A DNA stretch of 62,871 bases, the filler included, from Bipalium vagum (Eukaryota): the NCBI GenBank assembly GCA_037834085.1. It is 3 parts of 3 records of this genome, joined end to end, with 100 filler letters (N's around TTAATTAATTAA, not from the genome) between each part and the next. Parts side by side here need not be neighbours in the genome. Positions count along the whole stretch, not along the records: positions 19,923 to 40,051 come from JBBMKC010259612.1; positions 40,152 to 62,871 come from JBBMKC010217355.1; 1 more part is not named here. One strand, given 5' to 3'. The notes beneath the pieces were generated by a model, which saw nothing but the letters and a program-made list of their open reading frames with translations, searched no databases and was not told the DNA's origin. Every line of letters begins with the position of its first letter. Within the stretch, counting starts at the first letter, position 1. The translations under genes were made by a program, and so were the position numbers. Below, one piece after another: positions 27,229 to 40,543 of this stretch.

Positions 27229-30200
27229 CTGCAAAGTTAGATGAATAATAAAGAATTGGTTATTATCATCAATATTTATATAACACATTCAAATGAAAAA
27301 AAATTTATATTTTAGATATTAATATTTTCCAAAACTTTTAGATGACAATAAAAAATCATTTAATTACAAAAATGAGCATTCAGACCATCATAAAATAAAT
27401 TTTTCAGACAATATCACTAATTTTTATTGTTTTAAAATAAATAAAATTTCAACTACTATCAATGTATTAAAAAGCGATCAATAATTATGTCAATTTTAAT
27501 TTATCAGATAAATTTAAGAAAATCAAACAGTAAATTGTTTTGGTAGATTTTTTCACCATCCATGTCAAAAACACACATCACACGATGATAAAATGATAAA
27601 CAATATCTAGTCTTTCTGAATTATTTAAAATTTCTAACAATAAACCTCCTTGTGTAAATCCTAAAATTCCTCTATTAAATAATCCTAATTCAAAATTATC
27701 TCATAAATGAGTCCTTTGATAAGCAGAAAGAATCAAAAATCTCTAATAATTATACATATTGCAAACAAATTCTAAATAACAAACTAAATATTTTTATTTC
27801 ATTATGATTAATTACAATAAATAATTTATCAAAATTTTATTTAATATATGGAAAACGTTAAAAAATTTTAAAGAAATATTTTGCAGTTATGTATTAAAAT
27901 AGTAATTAAATCTCTACTTATTTATTATTCATAAGTAAATATAAAATGAACCTAACCGGAAACTTTGATTCTTATCTACTGATCGGTTTTCTTATGAAAT
28001 TTTTCTAATCCAAAATTTCAAAAGATTAGAAAGAGAAAACTGGACAAAAACGAATCCTAAAGCTTTCTTATTTTGTTACCAATTCATGATTAATATTTAA
28101 TCCAATGCTTTAAAAAATTATTGTCCACAGTAAAAGAATAACTAATAAATCATTAATATAATGGCTGAAAAAATTAAGACTTCACCCAAGTCACAGTATG
28201 TATATCAGTGAAGCGATGGTGATAAGTGCGTGTCATCATTCTGAAAATGACAATTCCAGTTAAATATAAGAATTTTGGTGGTATTTTATGTTAATTAAAT
28301 GTTATTACTATTGTATTAAATGTGGTAACAGTTTGATGTCTGTTTTAAGCAACAATCATTTTGATAAACTCAAGATAAAAGCAAAAATAGAACAAATTAT
28401 AATGTAACAAACAGGGTATGATTTTCAAGAATAAATATTTATAAACAATAGTTCACGTCAAATGATTCCTAGATTTATTGTGCCAATGAATATTCGTAAA
28501 ATGTAAACTATCGATCTTCGATTTTTTGCATTGATTGAAAGATTTTAAATGTTTCAAATTACCCATATTTATCAAAAGAAAACAAAATTACACAAAGAAT
28601 TCAGTGTAAAGTTCAGATGAATGATGAATATATGTAAGAAAAAAATCAATTCTGATTCGATTTACTTTTGTGTAAACACAGACTAAATCAAATTTTAAAA
28701 ATGTGCTCAAAGATGCTTCATAAGAGGCAAAAGATATAGAGTAAAAAATCGATATTTTCATCCCAGGGGCATTTAAAAATCGTGACGGGAAAATAACCAG
28801 AATAACCCTTTTGAAATAGTCTTTCTTAACAGAAGTGTTTGATACAGTTATTAACATATCTCTCATTCTGAAAGACGGAATCACTGACTTCTATCACACA
28901 TCAAAGCCCAATGTGTTTATTTCGTCAGTTAGATGAATACTTCTCTTCTGTAGCCATGTGATCACAGCAAATATCAGCCTGATTCATTTCATTCGGGTGA
29001 ATCACATGAAAGTGGTGAGAATTCTCCAATGTGATTATGAGATCGTTGTACAAAAGTAAGCATGCTATGCTTATGTTTTGAAAAAATATTCAATTTAAAG
29101 TCTGTGACCACTCTATAATCTTACTTTTATCTCAAAAAATGCAATTTGATTATTCTGAATATTCTTCTACAGAAATAATCAATATTCAATTAATATCTAT
29201 CGCATACAAAATTAACTGTATGTTGAAAATAATTCGATAAAATAACATTAAAATCGTACAATGAGATCATTAAGAAGCCAACACTCTTTAAAAATGAACC
29301 ATTTTGAAATGCAATAATTACTAAAAATACCCTTCAAAAGTATTTTTCAAACAATTAATATTATCACAGCCATAGGCACTTTAAAATATTGATCTAGTAT
29401 TATTATTTATTACTACTAATTCATTAACTCATGTCTATGATTATTGCCATCAAATAATATTTGATAGCAATTCTAAAAGTTGTTAAAAACTGGATAAACT
29501 TAATTAAGAACACTGACATTCACTAATGGAATTTTAAAGTTATTGAAAATTTGGAATGTTGAGAGGTCGGTGAATAGAACGATGACAATTTTTGTAATAG
29601 AATTGCAAATTTACGAAAAATTTTTACGAATTGAAAATCTAGCATTCAAAATTTGTTGACATTGTTTGACATTAGCATATCATTAGAAAATATGAAAATA
29701 ACATGTTTTTGTTTTAATTATTATATTATATTATTGAATTCTCAAAATATTACTATATTAAGGATTTTCATTCTTTTAAGAATTTTACTAACCTTAAATT
29801 ATTGATTTTCATGAAAAAAATAGAATACATGAAAAATACTTAATTTATATTTAAATTTTTTCTTTCAATTTAATCAAGTACTTCTTTTTAATGCATTTTA
29901 CTTATTGACCCGAAACAACCATCCAAATCGTCACCAAAACGAAATATTCACTACAAGAAAGATTGGTCTTAGTGTACATGTACTTATTTTTTGTGTTTCA
30001 GTATTTTAAAAAGCGGATCGATGAAATATTTATTAATAAGTGAAGATGAAAATAAAAATTGATTTTCCATCAAATAATGATTGCTTCTTGCAAAAAATAG
30101 ATGAACAGAATATTATATATATAAATAACAAAAATAATTGAAATATCGTAAACTTTCTATGGTTTATTTCAAAGAAGAAATTGTTCAATTATTCTCACGA

Positions 30201-32253
30201 TCACAATAGAGTATAAATCCATTATTCCATAATTAATTCTGGTTTGACAAGACAGTGAAAATAAAATTCACTAAGTATCGAACTGTAAAAAACAGAAACG
30301 ATTAGAATAAGCAATTGCATCGGATAACGCAATAATAATTGGATTTAAATGTGCGCTTTTACACTGAAAAATGTGCTCAATACCAATCAATTAGGTAGGA
30401 AATACTAGCAGTGAATTAACATATGTAAATCTCAATATATATTGATTTTTCCTTAACAGCTGTTTTTGTGGAATCAATTTTTATTTTCTCTAAAGATTTA
30501 TGATTATTTTTCAATTACATTATCAATCAATAATGTCGAAATCATAACTTTCTATGAGCATAAGTATATAAAAAAATAATCCACTCTGGAACGAGAAATG
30601 TCAAAAGAAAGATGTTTACCTTCAAATTGTTTATTTCAAGTTGCAATACAATTTAAAAATGATTGAAAAATAGTGACAATTCTCATGACAAAACGATAAA
30701 CATTTAATTATCAGTTTAGGATTCTGAGAAAAAATTATGTCAGAATGAAAACCGAGATTGCAGATAGTGAATATTGAAAATCGAGCGTATTATTCACAAA
30801 TTTATAAGAGGAAAATGTAAAGTTTTGAAAGAGTTTTACAAACTTTACACGCTACAAAATATGAATACAAACTTGTATGTGACTAAAAAACGCTTTCGTA
30901 AATAACTTAAATCGTAATAAATGTGATAAATATCTCTATACTGCGAACACACATTTTTCCAATGATCGATTTAGTCCTAACACATTCTAAATCTGAACCA
31001 AATCAACATCTTACCAAGTTTAAAAGTCGAAGTTTCATATCAACACAAACAAGTTCTCCTATTTTGAATTACTTAATTTGATCTTGATATTACCCAGGAC
31101 ATGGTGAGGCAAATATATATTCAAAATTTTTTCAATGATAAAGAAATATATTTATTTAAGATAAAAAAGTAATTTGTCTGTGAAAATTACTATGAACTAT
31201 TATGATTCTTATAATTTTGTTCAAAATTAATTTGTAATTAACATTTAATTAAAACCAGTGATATTTGAGAAACGTTAAATTATTGTCACTGAAATTATAT
31301 AAATGGAACACTCGAACTAATATAACTTTTTTCGAAGGAGGCATATAATATCTAAGACATTAATAAATTAACGAGTATAACTAAAGCTACAGTATTATCC
31401 CTTTCCACTTTTATATTTTCTTATAATTGTTTGACGAATAATGGTCTGAATTAGTTTCTTATTTTTAAAATTTTCGTTCATTTTTTTAAAAAATGTATAT
31501 TATAAACAATTGTTAATTTAAGTTAAAGATTCATTAAATTACATTGTAATTAATAATTACAAAGATTATATTAGAAAAAAAGTGATTTCTAAATTTTCAA
31601 TCTGAATTGGAATTAAAAACACAAAAGAATTGTTTATATATTCTGATAAATCAAAGGCAAATTCTGGTAATTTCATTTATAAAATTTTCTTCAGTTACAA
31701 TGATTTTCAAACATTTTTCTCATTACACTAACATGAGTTTATGACAAAATTTTAATAAAAAGTTTATTGAAAATTGATGGACAAATCTTATAACAAATTT
31801 TAGCCAATGACAGTATTAATTCTTTTCAATAAATCAATGATTATTATGCTGACACTAATTTTTAAATTTCTTAACCGACTTTTAATTTTCAATCATACTA
31901 ATTTGCAAATCGATTTTTTATTACCACTTTATTGTGCTCGCCATTTCACTGGTCTCAATATTTCTCAAAATCAAGGTCAACCCATTAAAATTTGATCACG
32001 GTTGATTTAATTTTCTTTAATAAATAATAATTAACAGATATACAATCCTTAAATAGTAGTTTTTTCTTTTTTACAATCCAAAGTACATATCATTCGGGAA
32101 ATAAACAAAAAATAATTAAAATATCATACAAGAGACATAACTGAATTGTTGTATGAACCGATTTTTGGGGAGATCAGATATAATAAAAAAATGTTTAATA
32201 ACTCGTTGGAAATTAAATCAATAAATTATGAATAAAAGCTATCACTATATTAC

Positions 32254-34116
32254 CTGATCCTCAATACTTTGTATGAGAGTTTTCACAGAGCTGTTGGTGG
32301 TCGAGTTTGTTGATGTCTTCGTCTTTGGTATGACAATACTGGGTCTGTTTGTTCTTTCAACCAGTCCAATCACGCGCTCTTTGGTTTTACCTTCCAGTTT
32401 TTCCTGGAGTTGCTTTTTTATTAGTTCTGAAGCTTCTAATTTCATTTCAATGTCTTGCAATTCCTTTTCTTTTTCCTCTTTCAGTGAATTAGCTGCTGTT
32501 ATAGCGATTAGTAAATCACGCTCATAGTCTCGCCAGGCTGTCATATCCTCTGCATACTTTTGAGATAAAACGTCTAGATTTTGATTCAGCAATCGCAGTT
32601 CTTTCTCGTTCTCTTTCAATCTCAATTGCAATTGCTCTAAGTTCTGATGCTTGTGCTCTTTCCGGTGATTTGAATGTAACTCTTTGATGTTTTCTTCCAG
32701 CTGCTTGATTTTAAGGTTTTTTTCTACTAGTTCTGCTCTCAGACTCACTTCTGTTTGTCGAAAACTTTTAGCTTGTTGAATCAATGCTAAAACACCGCTA
32801 CTACAATCGACCCAACCGTGTAAATTACTAAATAGTTCATTGTGATTTTTCAATAAAGCTTCAACTTGTTCTCTTTGCCACATTTCTTCCTTGTGTTTAT
32901 CCTCTAGTACATTGTAGTTATGTATTTGTCTATCTAACTCTTCTTTCAAGTATTCAATGGTCCCAGACAATTCCCGATATTCATTTTGACAACTCATAAT
33001 CGTCTGCTTGCATTCCTCATTCTGTATGTGGAGGGACTTATTTTCCTCTTCACTAATACTATATAACTCTTGTAATTTTGTTTCAAGTTTTAAAATGTCT
33101 TTTGATCCGGTATTTAAAAGAAGATATTTTAAATTGTCAATCTGTAATTGGCATTTTTGTAACTTTTGCGTTTGTTCACATAATGATTCTAATAAAATAG
33201 CTCTGTCGTCCCCCAAGCATCTGTTCTCTTCGTTGAGTTGATCGAGACTTTTCTGCAAATCAACTAGCTCTTGCATTGTGGCTTGTAGTTCTTCGTTTGT
33301 ACAATAACTATCTTCTTCCATCTTTTGAATACGATCTTGTAAAGTGGATACGGATAAAGAATCCAAAATATCACGATCTGAATTTTGTTTGATAAAATTC
33401 TGATTTAAATATTCATCATTATTAGATGCGTTATTGGGAGAATCATCAGATAACTGATCACAAAGACTAGACGAATCACCAACCGTAGCAAATGTAACCG
33501 AACATACATCAATAACAGTGTCGCCACTAGCATTTAAAATATCCTGTTTTTCATCTTGCTTTTCCATCTCATAATCAATTTCAATTCCATACTCTTTTAT
33601 TTTGTATTTTAAATATGTATTTTCACCAGTAATTTGTTTAAAATCCTTCTGTAAAAGTTTAACCTTTTCAATTAAATTTTTCTTTTCGTAGCTTAACATT
33701 TCTTTATCTTTTTTACGTATTTCTAAATTTTGAATGAGCTCAGATATCTTTGCTTCATATTGTTTTTTCTCTCTTTCTATTCTTGATAATAATTCACTGT
33801 TTAAATTGATTTGTTGTTTATCATATGCTGTATATTTTTTATTGATATTTTGAGTACTGTTTGTAAATTGTTGGTCTTCGTTTAATTTTTCAATATTGTG
33901 CAAACTTACTGACTTTTTCATTTTTGATTCAATTTTATCAGAAGTATTAGATCTATAAGAAGACTTGCATTGCTTTGAAGTCATTTTCAATATTTTTATA
34001 GGTGCTATATTCTTTGATTGATCGTAATTATAAAAATCATTTGAAACACCCTGTGTATAACTAGTTATTCGATTAGACTTGAAAATGTCATTATTTGGGG
34101 CAGATGATAAAGCCAT
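32254..34116 (-). CDS. SPECC1L: Cytospin/SPECC1-like, large coiled-coil exon
   Basis: 623-aa ORF with SVSTLQDRIQKMEEDSYCTNEELQATMQELVDLQ, ILLESLCEQTQKL, WRDYERDLLIAITAAN and SVKTLIQSIE, all cytospin motifs. Donor CAG|GTAATA at 32254. An acceptor-like ttttag lies 2 nt before the ATG, implying an upstream exon. Confidence 0.88.
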
Positions 34117-34866
34117 ATCTAAAATATATCAAAATTATAATTTTATAATTAAAATAAAAAATATTGAAATTTCATCAATAATTAATGTTAAAACTTATTT
34201 AATATATTTAAACAAGATCCCTTTAATTAATTATTTTTAAATAAGAAACATTAAAAGAAAGAAAATTAAAACTTAAATATTTGTAAATATTAATATTGCT
34301 TTTGTTATTTACTATAAATGTTATTATTAATGGTTTCATAAAATATCTAGTCATTTAATATATAATTAATGACTGGATATTATTTAAGATTCATATTTGC
34401 TATTCGTAGATTTAATAAAAACTGGTGATCTATTATCTCCTCAAAATTTGTGACATTTGTGTTGAAACCAATGATTTAAAAGTTAACAAAAATTTGAACA
34501 AATGATAGTTAATGAAAGTATAACAAAAATAAGAAAAATTTTTTGTTTTAGATCAGAGCAAAAAATATGAAAATTTATATAAAAGTATTTATGAAAAAAT
34601 TTTAAAGCCAACACAAATGACACCAAATTGTCTGTTAGGGTACTAGCTCTCTCTTTCATTCAGAAACGAATACATTTTCTAGACGAAGTTTCTTTCAGTC
34701 GTAGGAAAGTTAGGTAAGGTGCATCTAAAATCATTTGTTTAACACATTTCAAATTATTCCGCTAAAATATTTTTAATATCCATGCTTTACATAACTGACA
34801 AGCTTTTAGTTTAGCAGTCAACTTAGTATCGTATGAATAATAAACACACTTAGTTTTCCTTAATAC

Positions 34867-36799
34867 TGTTATGCTTTTATTATTACTGTGAAACCTTTTC
34901 GTAACCCTTAGCTCTTAAATTTACTGATCCTTTCACTTTTGTTAATAACATGTTCGAAAATAATTGAACCAAAACGACTACAATAAAAACTTTGTTCTAT
35001 TAACACAGATACACAATGAAGATCACACAATATAACACCCAATTATAAGATGTCTCTAATATTTGTTACAATATTATTTTACTATGAACACTGTTGTAAC
35101 ACAGCTCGCAAAGTTTACTGACCCCTTCAATTTTGTCCATACGTGTACGCAAATGAGTTAATCAAAACAACTACGAACAACACTTTATTCCTAAAATAAA
35201 AAATGCAGTGAAACAAATAATCAATAAAAGTATCTTCAATCAAATGTTACAATCGTCAATCACACTAAAATCAAATGTCGTGTATAATCATTAAATACAA
35301 ATCAAATAATTAAATTTCAATTAAATGTCAGTAAAAATTAAATATCAATTAATTTAAAAAGAAAATAAAACAACAAAATTACGATATTCTCACCACTTGT
35401 GACGACAGGTCCAAAGGGTGGTTTACTGAGCCCAATCCGCTTCGCTCAGAAACCCCCTAACAGCACAGGACCCGTCTTAAGCTCTTGTCGCATAGAGAGC
35501 ATAAATATGAATTTATAATTTGGAATCCTTGAAAATCTTCGGACAACAGCAACAAATTTTGGCTCTTCCGACAAAATAAACCAAATTTTCTTGAACTCTC
35601 TTCTGACAAAATAAACTAAAAATAATAATTCTCGATCTCTCTTCCGTGGCAATCCACTGCGGATTCCAACTCCTTATATACAACTCTGATCAGACGACTA
35701 ACCAGTCGTAGATCAGCTTGATTAATGGGGAATGTCAATTCCCTTTTTACATGATAAATTAATAAATCGGTCCCTCCTTACGGACCCTGATCTAATCTTG
35801 GCAATTTAGGTTCGGCATTGTCAAGATTATATCGTTTTTAGGAAATAATTATTTATCCCTTTTTTGTTTTAATGTAATTTTTATTTAATTAATTATTATT
35901 ATTATTTTATTTCTGACCCTTTTGCAGTCTTAATAATTAATTTATAATAATGATAACCAATCTATACCCTATTGCAGTCTCTAACATATGCTTTTACAAG
36001 GGTTTACAGGGCTGTGTCTTTGGATAACCCAACATATTTAAAATTAATAAAACGCTACTGAAAATCAGAACAATCAGTAATAGTCAAACCAATGTAAGAG
36101 TTGGATCAAAATAATATGATCGATAAGTTTAAAAATCTAATCAACAATTATTATAATTGATAAGGTTAATGTTTATTTAAAAATAAAAGATAAAAAATAA
36201 AAAAAAAAGATATTTCACTGCTTTAGAAGATGATGGGTCCTAGGGTCGTTTGATGGGCCGAATTTGGTATGCTCATAAACGCCATAACAGCGCAAGATCA
36301 ACGTTGGGTTCTGTCTCAAAAAAAGAGCATAATAAATACTCACCAAATTGAATCTTCTGACAAATGTTTCATCCATCAATAATTACAAATAAAATTAAGA
36401 TAAAAATTTTACTAACTCTCTTTTTGTGGCAGTTCATTGATGACTCCAGTGCCTTTTACACTGATCAGACGACTACTCTGTCGTAGACCAATATTCTTAT
36501 TGGGGAATTTCAATTCCTTTTAGGGCACTTAATTCTATATAGGTCCCTAATTAGTGACCCTGATATAATCTTGATAATTCGACATTCGCCGTTGCCAATA
36601 TTAGATCATTTAATGATAAAAAATATTATTTATTATTCCTATAATTAATTTATGTACCTTAATAATTATAATTCCTTTTCTGACCCTTTTGCGGTCTTTA
36701 TAATTAATGTATTATTATAAATAATTATTTTAGACACTTTAACGGTTTTCAAAGGATAACTCAAAATGTTAAAGGGATGTGTCCTTGACTAACCCGACA
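34867..36799 (-). mobile_element. LTR (copy 2), split by insertion of a related solo LTR
   Basis: Termini tgttatgc (34867) and cccgaca (36799). Segments 36039-36799 and 34867-35059 are homologous to consecutive parts of copies 1 and 3. No TSD found for this copy. Confidence 0.65.
35064..36034 (-). mobile_element. Solo LTR (copy 1, 971 bp) with 4-bp TSD
   Basis: TGTT...AACA termini flanked by TATT at 35060-35063 and 36035-36038. On the minus strand a TATATAAG box (near 35675) precedes a downstream AATAAA (near 35185). Confidence 0.8.
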
Positions 36800-37726
36800 C
36801 TAATTAAAAATTATTCAATATAAATCCAAAAATTTCTTCACTATGGAAATAAAATCTTTTGGTTTCTCAAAGGCAATTCTAAATGGAATTGGGAAAAATG
36901 ACCTCATCGAGGGTCAAAATGAATAATAATATACTAATATTAATAATTAAATATTTTAAATGTTGAAAGTAGAAAATTAAACTGTGACAAAACAGCAAAA
37001 CTTAATGACTTACTAAAAAGGTAAAGTAAACCATTAAAGAGAAGAGCCAAAAGAGAGAAAAACGTCAACATAATGGATAAACAATCTGATTAATTTGTAA
37101 GGGGAAAGAACAACTAAAAGTTGAGAATTTAATAGAGAAGTTAATCCGAGAATTAATTTTGTGATATCCATCCATAGCAAAATCTTTCTTATTTGTTAGT
37201 TATTGATACGTTATCAGCAGTATCTGATTTTATGAGGTTAAGATTTTGTAAAAATTTTTATTCAATGAAAATAACTGAATAGTTAAATAATTGTTACACA
37301 AAAAGTACTCCGTTTGTACCCTATTTTTACTTACTCAAAAACACCATAAAAAATCACTTTATTTACATTTTTCACATCCCCTTATATCACTAAAAAATAA
37401 AAAGTAAACAAAAAATTTAGAAAAAAATATTAAACTAAAAAAATCAAATTTTAAAAAAAAATATCGAGCCGAAACACAACAGCGAATTCAGTCATCAATC
37501 ACGATGGATGACAAGCAATTAAAAATATTTTGAAGAATGTTCCTTTCCTGACGATTTATTTTATGATGATTAAAATCTAAGATTTTAAAATTTTGAAGGT
37601 AACTTATAAATAATAACTTAAATAACTTAAGGTAAATAACTTATTTACATTCTCATTATTATAAAAAACATTTAGGAACGGTTTATCAATTTAAAATTTC
37701 TCCAAAATATATAACACAAAATAATA

Positions 37727-38010
37727 TTACTTATTGTTTAATATTTTAATCTCCTGTAATAATGCGCCTTCAAAAGCGGTTACTTTGGGATTCTGGAGTA
37801 ATTCGTGGCCAAGATTAACTCGACACTTGGCTTGATTATTTGTCAATTTGTTTGGAACTCGGAGTGGACTTTTATTTACAAACCCAATGTTATGCAGATG
37901 ACGAACGATGGTGCTTTGAGAATGTTTGAGCTCCTCTGAAAGCCTTCGGGTGCTTGTACTGGGCTGCTGCTCTACTAGGGCACAAAACTCTTCCTTCTTC
38001 ACCACCGATG
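37727..38010 (-). mobile_element. mariner internal fragment (second HTH and WVPHEL-type linker)
   Basis: LVEQQPSTSTRRLSEELKHSQSTIVRHLHNIGFVNKSPLRVPNKLT. Confidence 0.8.
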
Positions 38011-39250
38011 GTTGACATGAATTCTTACCGTCTTTTCTATTTGAAAACGCTTTTTTAAGCTACAAGCATGTAATCATTATTCATTCAATAACTTAGTTAA
38101 ACATATATTTTTTAGCTCTACAAATGGATATTCCAGGCAGCGAAGAAATTAGTATTATATTTTTGCCTTTCCCTGTGGTCAGAAAGCTACAGAAGCAGCA
38201 CGAGACATTTGTGCTGTCTATGAGGCTAATGCTATAGATGCGAGCACCGCTCAAGAATGGTACAACAAATTCAAAAAGGGTAATTTTGATTTGGAAGATA
38301 CATTTCGCTCCGGTCGACCATCCGAACTCGATGAAGAACGTCTTCAAAAGCTTTTTAAGGAGAATGATCGCCAAACATCCAGAGAACTTGCTGATAAAAA
38401 TTGGCTGCACTCATCCGACAATCCTCAGACACCTTCATTAGATCGGCTTTGAGCAAAAATTTGGAGCTTGGATACCTCATAAGCTCAGCGACCAAGACAA
38501 AGAAAATCGTTTCCAAATCGCAGCACAACATCTTTCTCGGCACCGAGCAACATGCAGCCACACGGAACGATTTCTGCAGAGAATCATCACGGGAGACGAG
38601 AAATGATGTCTCTACGTCACTATGAGACACAGGAAGGAGTTGGTAGCTAAAGGACTCACAATTAAGCCAAGAGTAAAAAATAAACTTCATCCCAAGAAAA
38701 CAATGATATGTATATGGTGGAACTGGGAGGGTTTAGTACACTGGGAAATACTTGAGGAAAATAAGACTATTAACAAGGAACTCTATGTAGCCAAGTTGAA
38801 AAGAGTGAATGAAGCTATCCAACTGAAAAGTTTTGATCGTCGCAGTCATGTCATTTTGCTTCATGACAACGCACGGCTACACACATCGAATATAGTCAAA
38901 ATAGCCGTCCAAGAGCTCAAATGGGAGATTCTTCAACATCCGCCGCACTCTCCTGACCTTGCGCCAACTGACTTTCACCTCCACCGCTCATTGTCCAATT
39001 AAATGAGGGATGTAACATTCAAGAACGAAGAGAATCTGAAAAACTAGCTCAACAATTTCTTCGAGACCCGGACTGGCGATTTCTGGAGAAATGGTATCGA
39101 CAAATTGGTCTAGAGATGGGAGCAGGTCGTGAACAATAACGGAGACTATATTACTGATTGATTTATTATTTGTAATATAATATAATAATAGTTGGTTTTC
39201 ACAAAAAAAATTTTCAATAAAAAAAACGCGGGAACTTATGACGTAATGGT
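38010..39250 (+). mobile_element. Near full-length defective mariner (DD34D)
   Basis: GQKATEAARDICAVY, WYNKFKKGNFDLED, WIPHKL, RIITGDEK, HDNARLH-(34 aa spacing)-HSPDLAPTDFHL and WEQVVNNNGDYITD*. TIR-like aaaacgcgggaacttatgac near 39225-39243. Confidence 0.92.
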
Positions 39251-39254
39251 TGAC

Positions 39255-39800
39255 CATATATAACTTTCATTTAAAAATAAAAAATTTTGTAATGATTTAT
39301 AAAAATAATTATGAAGAAATATTTAGATGGATTCTAGATAGAGAAAATGAAAATCCAACTAAAGATAAAAAGGATATAAAACTAGAAAAAGTTTATAATC
39401 TCAAAAAAAATTTCGTGGAGAATTTCCATTAAAATTAATATTGGGAATTTTATAATATTATAAGATTTTTTTATAATATGCAGGGAGAAATTACATTTAC
39501 AAGAAGAGTAGATATAAATAAAGAAATATTTTATGGACCAAAAGGAGATGCAAAAATAAAATTACTTGATTTAAAACCATTTATTCCAGATTTAACATTA
39601 AATTCTATTACTGAATTAAACTTAATGAATAGTTTAAAAGATGGAAAATCTATTAATGTAAACTTTTATGAAGACATGAAGAATTAAATCTTACAGAAGA
39701 TACAGTAAAAACTTTACAAGTAGGTAGTGTACTAAAAAAACCAATTTATATATTTATTGCTTTTTGAGAAAGAGGATTTGATTTTAATAAAAAATAATAG
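39255..39800 (+). pseudogene. Polinton relic: double-jelly-roll major capsid protein fragment
   Basis: FPLKLILG, GEITFTRRVDINKEIF, AKIKLLDLKPFIPDLTLN, ELNLMNSLKDGKSINVNF and VLKKPIYIFIAF follow the order and pattern of Polinton MCP motifs (IPLxxxFGF / LxLxR...AIF / KIxLxxIxWxMPxV / KPRYIIVGF). Confidence 0.6.
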
Positions 39801-40051
39801 TTTGTTTATTCAATATAAAATAAAAAGATGTTGAGGACGGCCTTTTCTTTAGAATCTGGTAGATATTGGCTGAGGTGAATTGTGAGATTTTTTTGTAACG
39901 TGATCTTGTACTACTCTTCGGGGAGACTCGCTTGATTGATTTGGTTGAGGCAATTGGAATCCTTTCATATCTAAAAAAATTATACTCATTAACAGCAGCA
40001 ACACCAGTCTAAATACTAAATCGTTTAGATGTGTGTATACTGGACTTTTGA

Positions 40052-40151
40052 NNNNNNNNNNNNNNNNNNNNNNNNNNNNNNNNNNNNNNNNNNNNTTAAT
40101 TAATTAANNNNNNNNNNNNNNNNNNNNNNNNNNNNNNNNNNNNNNNNNNNN
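40052..40151. other. Artificial 100-bp scaffolding spacer (44 N + TTAATTAATTAA + 44 N)
   Basis: Identical to 19823-19922. Confidence 0.92.
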
Positions 40152-40332
40152 ATATACTTTTTGGTGATTTTAATTAATATGGAGGTTAAGTTTTTATAAA
40201 AATACATTTGAGATTAATAGAATGAAAAATTTAGCAATGCAATCTTTTCATATAAAATATTAAAGTAAAATTTACATATAAAGTTTCTGTTCATATATTT
40301 TTTTTGTACATATATTTAGTAAGTTGTTATTA

Positions 40333-40543
40333 NNNNNNNNNNNNNNNNNNNNNNNNNNNNNNNNNNNNNNNNNNNNNNNNNNNNNNNNNNNNNNNNNNNN
40401 NNNNNNNNNNNNNNNNNNNNNNNNNNNNNNNNNNNNNNNNNNNNNNNNNNNNNNNNNNNNNNNNNNNNNNNNNNNNNNNNNNNNNNNNNNNNNNNNNNNN
40501 NNNNNNNNNNNNNNNNNNNNNNNNNNNNNNNNNNNNNNNNNNN
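40333..40543. other. Assembly gap (211 N)
   Basis: Run of N; ORFs called here are artefacts. Confidence 0.98.

Noticed and set aside
28588-29056. 98-aa ORF and a splice-flanked open segment inside the cytospin intron
   Set aside because: No similarity to cytospin or dystroglycan that I can see; splice-like sites occur by chance.
35092-35100. TGTTG at 35092 as the LTR end
   Set aside because: Homology continues to 35064, where TGTT is flanked by the matching TATT TSD.
35400-36520. Hammerhead ribozyme / retrozyme interpretation of the LTR hairpins
   Set aside because: No correctly arranged CUGANGA...GAAA...UH core on either strand (ctgatcag is not CUGANGA).
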